64,000 nucleotides of DNA from Setoptus koraiensis (Eukaryota > Animalia > Arthropoda), in the NCBI GenBank assembly GCA_048013815.1, contig CM106585.1:16182001-16246000 (forward strand), given 5' to 3'. Numbering within the stretch: the first letter of the stretch is position 1; every line of letters starts with the position of its first letter. The notes beneath the pieces were generated by a model that was not told where the DNA came from, did no database searches, and was given only the letters and a program-made list of their open reading frames with translations. A program made the translations under genes and the position numbers. Shown here in pieces: positions 52,536 to 64,000 of the stretch.

Positions 52536-53042
52536 ATTTGCGGCCGTATAAAGCCGTTATATGGTGCACGTATTTCATCGCGACCCGTGTCGTGATTGTT
52601 GTGTCGGTGTGTTGTGTCGTAACATTGGCGGGCGGCATTGTCACAACAAATTAGAGCGCGACACACCAGCCCCGATGATGTAATGGGCTGATGTTAGCGC
52701 CATTAGATGGCGCCTCTATTGTTGGCCCCGTAAACGCGCCAGGCAAGCCAGTTGAGGCGCGAGATTGCGCAATGATCATGCCAGGCTCCTTTGGGCAACT
52801 GCAACTATCTGACTGGAGCCACAATTGGTTGGCTGGCGACCACTGGCGAGTGTCGGTCGACCGTTGGGCGACCAAATGCAATGCATGTTGGCGCTGTGAA
52901 ATCGTCGTCACATTGAGCGGACACAAATTGATTGAAGAGAGTTTTTGCGATCCATTGTTAGCGCCTAATTTTATTGTTATGTAATATTGGTGCCGTGAAA
53001 AAAGTTTCAAAAGTTTCAAGTTTCTCAAGTTATCCGATCATC

Positions 53043-54809
53043 ATGCTGCCGCAGCAGGAGGCCAACGGAGGCCAAATGTGCCAGGCGCAAGACGACGCGA
53101 TTGTTGTGAATCATCAAGAGCTAGATTCGGCCATGAGAGATACAAGTGTCTACAACGATAAACAACAATTGAGTGGCGACAACTTTAAGCAACTAATGAT
53201 CTACATAAGCAGCATAATTGTGATAGCGCTCACCACGCTCAACGCATCACTGTTCGTCTGGATAGTTGTGTCGTTGGACGCACGGAACAATCTGGTAAGC
53301 CCATAGCCGTTGATGTTTGATTGATTGTTTAGCAATCAGCGCAACTAATCACTAATGAGCACGATAACAACAGCGAAATCATTCGTTCGATCAATGGAAA
53401 CATGCACGATTTGTAACTGTTTTTGTTGTTCTGCCATATTCAGGGCCAACAAAGCGACAGCTTCGTGAGGCTGACGCCCGCCGGTGTCCATTTTCACGGC
53501 CAGAGCATGTTCAACAGCGACCTGGTGGTGTCGCGAATCAGAGCGAAGAGCCCGCCGAGGCTTCCAGAGGGCCGGCCCAACGACGGCTCCGACGGCAGCA
53601 TCACGGACACGGATGGCACCAGTTCACAAATTGACAACGACGCAACCATTATGCGATTCGACGCCACAGACGCCAATTTAACTTTCAACTGTGGCCCGAC
53701 AGCCGCGCAACAATCACAACAACAGATCTCGCTTGGGTCCAACGGTGTGATAAGCCTAGGCGAGAGCTCAAATCAATTTGTGATACTGGCACCTGGAGCA
53801 CCGAATAGCGCCCACGCACAAAAAGTGATAATAAACTCGTCTGGTGTGCTGATGGAGGCCAGCAAGCTGACGGCCACAAGTAAGTGACAGGGTCCATTAT
53901 CGTGCCTGATTGTAACCGATATCATGCGATACTAATCTAATTATTCCACCCTTTATCACGCAAACAGACAGACAGGGCCTCGACGCCAGGGGTCTGTCCG
54001 TGCAGACGGGACGCTTGTGCGGCCAAGAGGGCCTCAGTTTGCATTCGGCAACGCGCAAGCTGAGCCTTTTGGCGCCCAGAGGCATACGTTTCGAGTCCAC
54101 CAATGGCTCGGTGTCCATTGAGGCCAGCGAGCGCGTCTCCGTTCGCTCTTCGGCGGCTTCTGTGAGTATTGGTCACACTGACCGGGCCCGGCTGTTCCCG
54201 GACCGTCAGTCGCATCGATATCGAGCGGTCAAACTTGAAACCGTTCAACACTCAATGTCATCGACAGCAACTACTAACTCATGATGTATGTTTTTCGTGT
54301 CATCCATACAACTGCTTCATCTGCCCGAATCTATTGCGCTATCGTTGCACCTCACAACCCGTCCCCTATAAAAGGTGATACTGGCCAGCCCGTTGATTGA
54401 CGCCACCAACATCAAGACCATAATAGGCAGCCAAACTGGCAGGACCTACATGAATATCTACAAAGTGTGCCATTGTCATTTGGCTCAGTCCGCCGCCAGA
54501 AGCCGTCAAAACAGCCGTTCGTCTATTACTATTTCCAACAATTGGTCCCACTCCAACTTGAGCGACACGGACCCGGACCTGGCGATCGGGTGGCGTCACG
54601 GGCACACAAAGCGCAGCAGTAGCAGAAAGGGATCGCTTGCTCAACCTGTGCCCTCGCCAGCGCCAGCGCCAAACATGCAGGCGCCCCCATCATCAAAAAG
54701 TCAACAACAGACAACGGCAGATCATCCCCGATTGGGTCTGTTGTTTGGCGTGAAGCCGTCGCTGAATTGCAGCTCTTTCAATTGGTTTTGTAACATGGCC
54801 ACTTTGTAG
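53043..54809 (+). CDS. Scgdelta: Divergent delta/gamma/zeta-type sarcoglycan; predicted exons 53043-53294, 53444-53879, 53968-54161, 54375-54809; ~438 aa
   Basis: Type II TM helix (ISSIIVIALTTLNASLFVWIV). VRLTPAGVHFHGQSMFNSDLVVSRI resembles [47 protein letters not shown] resembles [20 protein letters not shown]. C-terminal YKVCHC...GLLF...C...C. Donors GTAAGC/GTAAGT/GTGAGT and AG acceptors give phases 0,1,0. The start codon and exon C/D acceptors are less certain. Confidence 0.8.
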
Positions 54810-57800
54810 TTTCATTTATGTTTTTTTTATCTATTGTTGTTGCACCATCGTGTAACAGCAAACGATCCAAATCAATACACACGATACCACCATACAAGAC
54901 AACTCTGCCAAGAGTCTCTGTGCCACGTTTGTAACTTTTCGTCAGGCCCGCTTTTCGTCAGCTTGACCTGTTTGTTGTGTCCACCAACTCTGCAATGGGC
55001 CAACCATATGCCGCACCGTTATGCTGGCCATGGGGGCACAGTTGCCACAATTTATGCTGCTCGCACCGACCAGCCCGGCGGCCTCTAATCCGCTCAACAC
55101 TCATATATTGTGTATGTGTGTGGTTGTTTTATCCAGAGAGCGCATTGTATCCAGAGTGGCCCTCAACGACACACGTCTGACCACGTAACAACAGCAATCA
55201 TCTTAATGACCCGCAATGTTGGCGTGCAACGGAATGCATGCAACAACAACAGCGAATTTGCAACTTATCTTGCAAACTGGCAGCACCAACGACAACCCAA
55301 GACGCCAAACAACATATCATTACTCATCTATTGAACGCTGTACGCAACAAACACAATGTTCAATAGATGTAACGCGGTCTCATCGTCTACGTCATCATCA
55401 ACATCACCATCAGCGTCAGCTAGCCACATCTATTTAGCGCACTAGTGCACTGGTCACTTGTTTAATATCTTAATGATCCGAATTTTGCATTGCGCCCCAA
55501 CAGTCGCTCAAAAGGCTGAATATTCTGTGTGGTCGGTGCTGGCCAGTTTGTGCAAGCCGGCCATAAAAAGAGAACAACAACCATTCTTGGTAAGATGACC
55601 GCTGTCATTTAATCGTTCGTAACGTCGCAACAGAACGATGACTTTGCCACTCCATCAACGACAACGCAATTGTGTCGTCGTGCATTTGCATTGTGTTGCT
55701 AGCCCCTCTGGTTGAACGTACATTAACATTGATTAGATTTGTTTGTTTCAAGCTCGTGGGCACTTGCGCGCGCGTGTGTGTGTGTGTTTTGGGCTTCCAG
55801 TCTGGCGAATGATCGCACAAGGCTCACGACGACCAGCCAAGCTCTCAAGATCCGCCACAGGGATCGCCAGCTAACACAAGCGAGCACGGGCCCCAATCCA
55901 GAGCTACAAACGGATGAAGAAGCACGTAGAGGAGAGGCGCACGTAGCCGAGTTGATTGCAAAAATGAAACGCTGGCGACAAGCAGAGTGAATAGAACGGA
56001 AAACACAGAGCGCTCAATAGTAACTGTAACATGGGCTCCAATTATCAGAATTAGACAACTCTGTTCACTCTGAATGATTCATAGTGAACCAGGCAGTGTG
56101 TCACTTTTCATCAGTTTATCATGACACAACAAAGCCGACAAGAGCAACCGTGCCTCAACAGTGGCGACAGTCTAGAAAAAATGAGAGATGTCGCGTTTGT
56201 GAGGAAACTCAAGGCAATCTCGACCAAACAAGCCACGCAACGAGTTTGTTTGCGCTCGTCGGCAGGTCCAGCAAGACACAGTTTGTCCTCAGGTCAGAGT
56301 TGCACGTTAAATCTGTGCTCAAATTGGTGCCGGCATCATTTTTCAACCGTTTCTCTCTCACTGTTTGTATGTTGCCCAGCACTGGTGGCCGTCGTCGTTG
56401 TTGCGACAAAATTCAATTTGCACCGACCGGAGTGCATTTATTAGTTTCTCTACTTGACACACAATTCACAACTCCAAACTGGCCAGCACGTCATTGTGTG
56501 TCTCTCATGTTGGCAGTATCTCATTTGGTCACTTCTTGTTGCGGTTTCAGTTCTCTCCGGTCTCTCACTCTAACTATGCCTACCATTGCGCAACGGATAG
56601 GCGCAACTCTCGCGCGGATGCGGATACAAAGACAAAATGTGCGTAGGCAGGGTTTATTACAGTTCAACGATACAATCTGTGACCCCCACCGACACTATTA
56701 CCCCGCGTGCTGGCGTGTGTGTCGTGATATATGGCTGCGGTTTGTGATCGCACTTTCGAGCGCATCATTTACGCCTGAAACTGGCGCTTGTGACACTGAA
56801 ATCAATGAAATACATCTGCACGCTTGGTCGATTTTTATTATTAAACTGCAACGTTAAACCAACTACTTACTATTTAACCTGGTGCTGACCAGTGACTGTC
56901 TAAATTAAGGCAGTGAATGGCGCCCCAGCGATGCCCGGTTGCGCCTCACTAGGCAGCTGATTGAATTGTCTCGAGTCGCCGCGCACCGTCTATTGTTTAC
57001 TTGCTCGTTAGCAGGATTACTTTCCACCTAACCTGCCACCACCTGAACCACCAAAAAGCGATCCAATTCAGACTTTATCGCACAGTTAGAGCCACGAAAA
57101 CACGATTAGTTGCCAGTTCAATTACATAATATTATTGGTCTAATCTGATTTGACATCGTGCCACAAATATGAGCACTTATTATCACGCGTAATTATGCTT
57201 TTGTTTGGTGAGCCATTATTCTGCTTGTTCGAGGTGGTCGCAAGCTGCCAATGATCGATTCGCGGCGACGTTGCTAGACCCAGGATAGCGCTAGATTATG
57301 AATTCGCTACGACCGCTAGATCACTTGTCTGCCATCACAAATTGTGATACATCATAACAGCTTGTCCCTGTTTGCGTGTCTCAGCATAGTCTCAGAACAG
57401 TAGTCTTAGCTGACTGTAAGAATCCATTTGACATTGACAGCGCTGTGTCACACATACGCACTAATGACAACACCAAATGTCGCCTTCGCTCCCTCACTGG
57501 CCCCACTGACCAAATGAACTACTAACAATATTCCCACTTGCATGAAATATCTCACAGTGCATTCTGCCGGAGTATTTCCATGATGCCACCACCTCCTCGT
57601 CTGTGACTGTTATCTCAAACTATACACACAATTCCTCGAGATCTGGCCATTCAAGTGAACACTTGAGCGACATATGGACGCCACTATAGTCTCGTATATA
57701 TCAACAGCAAACTAATACTTATTTTCGTCGTCGTCCTCCTCCCCCAACACCTTAGAAATCATTATTTGATGACGGCACCAAGCAAACAGCTTAGCTACCA

Positions 57801-59320
57801 AGTGTAGCCACTACTAATAGGTGTCAAAGTGGACTGTGGCCGCTAACACTCACACTAACAACAATCCATGCGAAGTGACAACACCACTGCTCGGTGATAG
57901 TAGTGGCCAAAATGAAATAGTCGCGACGATCAGATGACAAGAGTGGCAAGTTAAGTGCCTCCGATACTACTGAAGAGGATACATCTGTTTGCCAAACAAT
58001 TCCAAGATCTATGGCAACGCTACCCGTTATTGCAGCACTACTGCAAGCGATTGTTCACTCTGAATTACACCAGCAAACACTAGCGAAATCGTCACTAATT
58101 CGAATGTATCGTATTTCATTTGGTACCCCAGTTACTCGCCAGACTTATGTGAACTGATTGTTGGCGCTCGGTCAAGTAGACCGATTAGATTAGGAGCAAT
58201 TATGCAACCAATATCACCACCACTCGTGGAAGCGCCATCATACTTAAGGGACCCATCAATTGTTTGTTTGGCTTCTCCATTCCTGTGTGTGAGTGATGAG
58301 CAACTCAACTGGCCCCTTTATATTGCCTATCATTCTATCATGTTTATCATAATAGCTTTAAGATACAATGCAACACGAAACGCACAATCGTTGTATCTAG
58401 CTCTATTTCAGATATTATCATCATACAGCACGACAATTGGTATGGAGGACAAAGTACTTTTTTCTATCTTTGGGCGACCCATGGGAAAGGACCCATTGTG
58501 GCTGCTAGCAGTTAGTCAAGCTCTAAAATATTGGCCATCACGATGATAATTTCAATGTGATATGTTTGTCTGGTGCATATTAGCAAACTTGGAAACGGTT
58601 GCTTCTGGACCTGTCATTCGCAATATGCAAATAAACTTAAATGTTTGGTCCAAAAAATGCCAAACAGAACCGACAACAGCTTATTTGAAGCCGTATCTAT
58701 TTGAGCGTATCATCACTTTCATTCACATGGCTGAACTTAATAATATCTATTCTTTTGCATGCTGCGACTCAAGCTTCATCAAATGAACATTCTAGGTTGA
58801 CACACAATGCACACACTGCATAGCAAAAATGTATTCCAACGAAAATAGACCATAACTAGGTCTTTTTGTTCATTGAATGAGATGGTCCACAAAGAGATGG
58901 GTATTTCCATAAAATCACCCCCATTCCGCGATGAGCCTCTCTTAGAACGTTCTAATCTATCACTCAACGATTCTATCCCATACAGTCATCCCACATGGTC
59001 AAGAGTGTGTGATCAGAATGTTTTATAGATACAAACAGAACGAGTTCGTTCAGAATTACAAGTTGGCTACTTCCTGTCATTTAATGACAGCTTCACTTAG
59101 CCAATCAAGCGCTAAATGATAATTAGCGCACTGAATTGCATTCAGCCATCACTCAATCGATGCGACGTGATATCTAATCCAATTGATTCACAATTAGCCT
59201 TCTGTCCAGTGTTTCGATGGCCTTAATCTTGATATAACTATCTATCTTTAATTCAACAGCATATCGTACGTTGTTTCGATGATACAATGTTTTGGGCAGC
59301 AACGGTCTATGTGTACTATT

Positions 59321-62300
59321 TTACTTCTTATTCTTTCTTTTATTTTTTTTGTTCCGATTCTTATTGCTTGTTGGCTGCTGTTGTTGATTTTGCTTATTGA
59401 TTGCTTTCTTTTCTTGATTATTTGTAGTTCCGTTGTTGTTTTTCAAAGCATTTCTTGATTGTCCGGAAGTTTCTTCATTGTTAGCAATGTCACCGTTTTC
59501 ATCATCTTCTTCATCAGTGCCACTGTTGCCACAAGTAGTGGAGCCGCCTGCCGGACTAGAACGCCCACTATTTGTTTGCTCAGCATCATCTTTGTCTTTG
59601 CCAAGTTGATCTGTCAAATTCTTCTGATGGCTGTCTTCTTCTGTGGCTTCCTGTATTTCTGACTCAGCTTTATCGGGATTATTGCTCACAAATTCGATAT
59701 TCAACGATGGAACACCAATTGCTTGGTTTTTCTCCACGTTAACAGTGCTGTTCGACGAGGGCTTCTCTGATAAAGGATTTGACATCGTCGAAATTATTGG
59801 TGACGATACCCTGAGCCCATTCGATATATTACCGCTGGGATCTCTCTTTTCTATATCATCACTTTCCATTTCCAATGCATGTTGGACCTCAAGAATAGCT
59901 TGCTGTTGTTGGTCATCCGATTCCTCTTCGGTGATAACTGCCAGTCGCGCTTGATCAGAAGTATCAGTAGAATTCTTGTGAGAAATCTGGCGCACACCTT
60001 CCAATTCATCTTCCGCTTGTGTAGCTTCAACGATTGGTTCATCTAGTTGTATATCTTCACCTAAATCGCTACTACTACTACTGCTTGATTGACTTAGTGA
60101 TTCGGGTTCACAAACAATCTGCTGATTTTCATCAGCATTGCCATCCTCATTAGACTGAACAGAATCATCATCTAGTTGTGCACCATCGTAGTTGTTGTCT
60201 CCATTTTCATCTTGACCTTCATTTGCCTCCATTTCATCTACCATTTGTTGAACTTGTCTCATCATGGACTCATCGTCCTCATTAGCCAAAGATAAATCGG
60301 CAGTTGTAGAGTTTATTGAAGGCCTGGGAAGGATATTGCCAGGGTTCATTTCAACGGTAAGCTCATCGTCGTTTTGTTCATTCAATGCTTGCTGATTGTC
60401 GTATTGACTAACAACTTCGGCCTCACTAAAATTTGTATCTTGGGCTGTTTCCAATGTTGAAGACAATTGGTGGTCCTCGTTAGTTAAATTCGTCGTTGTA
60501 GTCTCCAACAGTCCACCCTCTTCCTCGGTGTCTTCATTATAACTAGACGCGGCCCCTAAAGCCGACGAGTCTGTGTCTTGTTCCTGTGAAGGCCAGTGCT
60601 TATTATATTGCTCTAATGATTTAGCCCTAGGTTTCTCACTATCAAATTCTCTTTTATGCTGCTGTATAACGTCAATACTGTAAGATTTCACCTCTTCATT
60701 TTGCTTTGTTCCAATACTCGATTTATCTAGCCGCGATATGCTGTCATCTTCAATTTTTCCAAGTCCTTCCATGGACTCATCATTTGTTATTTGGCTCCTG
60801 CCTTCAATAACTGTACAAGTATTTTCGTCATCTATAGACATAGATTGTATTAAGGGCGATACCGATACAGGGCATTGGTTCTGCTCTTCTGCAGATCCAG
60901 AAGAATGATTCTCAGTTGGACGTTGCCTTGCTAGCCTACGACTGGCCAGATTACTGGCTACAGGCTGAGAAATAAGATTTAAATTGTTATCTATAGGCTT
61001 GATATCGTCATCATTTTTAACAAGTTCGCTGATCTCGGGTTCAGGCAAATGTTGCTGTTGGTCAGTTCGGCTTATTTCCGCTGGTGAAGGTGATGGCGAT
61101 GACAAAAGATCACCAACTGTCTGACTTGGATTATGATATCCATTTTGCATACTTTGTTGTTGTTGTTCACTGTCCTCGCTGGGAGTGGTTGGGCTACATC
61201 TAGCGGAAGAGCTCCGGTATGGTGAGTTTTTTCTTGTTCTATACCCTCGGAATGCTGATTGAATTTTTATAGCTGCACCTTCGACCTCGGCGGGCGTCAC
61301 TGGGGAGTCAATATCGCCATTACTACTAATGCTGCTGTTTGTTGTGTTGCGTTGTTGTTGCCTAGATCTACGCTGCTGATTGGTAGATAAATTTCTTGTT
61401 TCATTAGAACTGTCGTCGCTGTCGTCATCTTGTCTAGCGTCCAGGTTGACATTGAGACAATTGCTTGAATTGTTGAACCTGTTTTCAGTCGGCCCAGAGT
61501 TCTGATCCTCATTGGGCGTATCATCTTGCTGGCTGGTTGTCTCTAGAATAGTGGGTGTTGTTATTGAAGCAGGAGTTTGTGATGTTGGTGGATGAAGAAC
61601 AGTTGCAATTGGAACGGCTACTCGCTCATTATTGTTTGCTGAAAGATAATCATTTATAATCAATGAGGCGGACGCTGTTGTTGGTGTTCCAACCTGTTGT
61701 TGTGCACTATCAGCACTCAATTGTCGTTGGTCCAGAAATAGCCTGGCTGTAGATATATTCAATTCTGTCATTGCAGCACTGGGTGAGCAATCTCCGCCAC
61801 TGTGGGATACTTTGGACGGTGGTTCGTCATCGAGTGCTTGTTCCGTTGCTGTTTCATTCTTATTGGCTTTACCGGCTTGCCTGTTTCGATTATTAACATT
61901 TTCGTTGCTGTTATTATTGATATTATTATTGTTGTTGCTGTCGCCGATATTTTCATTATTGTTATTTCCGTCTGTCTGATTATTGTTATTGTTCACGTCG
62001 TATGATACATCGTTATTATTGTTTGCCGTGGACACACAGCTTTGATTTGTTCCCTGCGATTGCCCATTTGTTGTGGTCTCGTTAACGTTGCCACCAATAA
62101 CAGTTTCGGTTTCATGCAATCGGTTGTTGTCCTGTGGTGCACACGTTGTGGTTGATTGTTGTAGTTGTGGTTGTGCATTATGATGATGATGATGGTGGTG
62201 ATTGCGATTTTGCGATTGAATTGATGTGATATTAAAGGGTGAAGAGGGCAAAAATACGGCGCTTGGCGCTATAAGAAAAGATTTACATTGGAATAAATAT

Positions 62301-63501
62301 GCTTTTGTTCAGTATTATCATCGTGATTTTTTGACAACTACTTCTACTGCTAATGCTATCGCTATTAATTAACAATTCATATAATTAATAGATTCGAATG
62401 ATTCTTTTTTTCATTGTGTGAATCTCCATTCAAGATGGACGCGAATGTGCCACAATGATACACATTCATTGCTGAGAGAACAAAACTTGGACGCCACATT
62501 GTGTGCCACCATGAGCGAACTTTTTCATTTCCAAGAAATCAAGCGCCATCTTCTACATGTGGACACACATGCTCACAACAGTGTCAATGTGCGTGTGTGT
62601 TGCGCATCATATTGAATAACAGAATAACTAGATCAATGATCGAATTATTCAATTTGAACATATTGGCGCGAAATATTGCTCACAATTTCAGACTATCAAT
62701 AGGCTAGTTTCTAACTTTGCTGCAAACTAGGGGCACCAGTCTTGATACTTACGGTTATACAAGGCTCTCTCGTCAAATTGTCTTTCACCGAGCATTGGGG
62801 TGTTGCTCATTGCTGAATTATCTTTCAGCGCTTTTCTAGCTAGATGACCTCTAACCAGGGCTTGGATTTTGATCACGGCATCCTCGACTTCTTGTTGGCC
62901 AGAAACGGGAGAGGGCGATTCAGTTGGTTTAGGTTGTACTGAGGGCGCTGATCTATAAACAATGTGCTGCGAATTTGTGCGGAGCAAGAAGCATATACGT
63001 GTCAGAAAAGGTATGATTGGGACTGAAAACAAATGACAATTGCGGATTGGTCTAATGCGATACTCACTGGCCGGCTAGTTGGACTAGTTTCATTGGACTC
63101 GTTCACTGGATATCGTTGAGGCGCTATCGAAGAGCTCAATTGAGTAGGTTGATCTTGTCTAGGTGATGCTGGTCGAGCTATATTTGCTTTAGTCGCTGTT
63201 GTTGTGATCGCCTGTTGATTGGTTGCTCTCGGTTGCTGACTATTTCGACTATGGCTGTCTGAGGTGGCTAATGTAGGTCCGGTAGAATGTTGGGGCTGTT
63301 TCTTTGTGTGGCCTCCGCTGGCAGTGCTTGCGGTTACCTTATGAGTATCATCTAGGAATCGGTTTGGATATTTAATTAAGATTGCAATTAGTTGCCAGAT
63401 CATAGAATTATTTTAATGTTTAATTATTATTAGTATTCCTCTATGTCATCTAAATTACCTGAACTACCACCACTGCCATCACCGCCGCTACCGCCACTTC
63501 T
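59321..63501 (-). CDS. Large disordered acidic protein with two IQ calmodulin-binding motifs (GAP-43/igloo-like); predicted exons 63501-63459, 63351-63068, 62966-62753, 62268-59321; 5' end not identified
   Basis: IQ motifs AVIKIQALVRGHLARKAL (~62831-62890) and AAIKIQSAFRGYRTRK (~61231-61290). A 976-aa open N/Q/S/D/E-rich frame ends in a polybasic C-terminus. The splice chain uses GTAATT/GTGAGT/GTAAGT donors with consistent phases (1,0,1). The two most 5' exons are the least certain. Confidence 0.75.
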
Positions 63502-64000
63502 CTTAAATAGTTTAGAAAAGAAATGGCCCATCAGGTATGTCTATTAATGGGTTATTGGTTTGTTGAAAACTACAATTAATTCTCACAATAATGTTGCTAT
63601 AAATGATGATATACGCTAGCGATTATGATCAGTATAATATGTTGTGGCTATGCAAGGTACGATATCTGGTGGTTTTACGAAATGTGATTGTATTTACTTG
63701 ATTTATGTTATATAATTGACGCTGTGATTGTAATAACAAAACTAATTAGTTATATAAGATACAAGAGGTTGCAAGGTCGAACATGGACAAAAACAAGTAT
63801 CATCATCTATAGGTCATGATTTTATTTATGAGATGAGAGGTTAAGAGTATTAATAATAACTACACTTTCGACTCTACGTGTCGACACAACTCATCTATGA
63901 AAAAGTTCCGACCATCTAGTTGGCTCAACTGCTGGAAGACATTAAAATTGGTAGACTCAAATTTTTGCATACATCATCGTATGTGATAAAATTAGTTTGT

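Noticed and set aside
58202-58786. Two consecutive moderately hydrophobic ORFs as a possible decayed receptor or transposon
   Set aside because: No recognisable motif, terminal repeats or RT/transposase signature, so a pseudogene call is unsupported.

Overview
This is eukaryotic DNA from a compact, intron-poor arthropod genome. An eriophyoid-type mite is my best guess, inferred from the chitin synthase, the near-intronless large genes and ~90-200 nt introns; the species is not established. Gene order: 3' part of megalin/LRP2 (+, 5' end off-window, 500-N gap), Pins/GPSM2 (-), chitin synthase (-), SRR1-like (+), BIN3 (-), REEP1-4-like (-), ARL6IP1 (+), an RZ-family RGS (-), a ~12 kb microsatellite-rich non-coding block, a CD36/SR-B scavenger receptor (-), a delta/gamma/zeta-type sarcoglycan (+), and a large disordered two-IQ-motif protein (-, 5' end unresolved). 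Several genes could only be recovered by manual splicing, because the ORF track misses or truncates them. I found no tRNA, rRNA, CRISPR array or intact transposon, and no clear-cut new multi-gene system. The best leads are: an RGS with a ~1,050-aa His/Asn/Gln-rich N-terminal extension; Val at the acaricide target residue of chitin synthase (T. urticae I1017 equivalent); three adjacent membrane-shaping genes; a sarcoglycan with its cysteine motif split by an insertion; a bimodal pattern of intron retention; and two inverted-repeat structures in the non-coding block.
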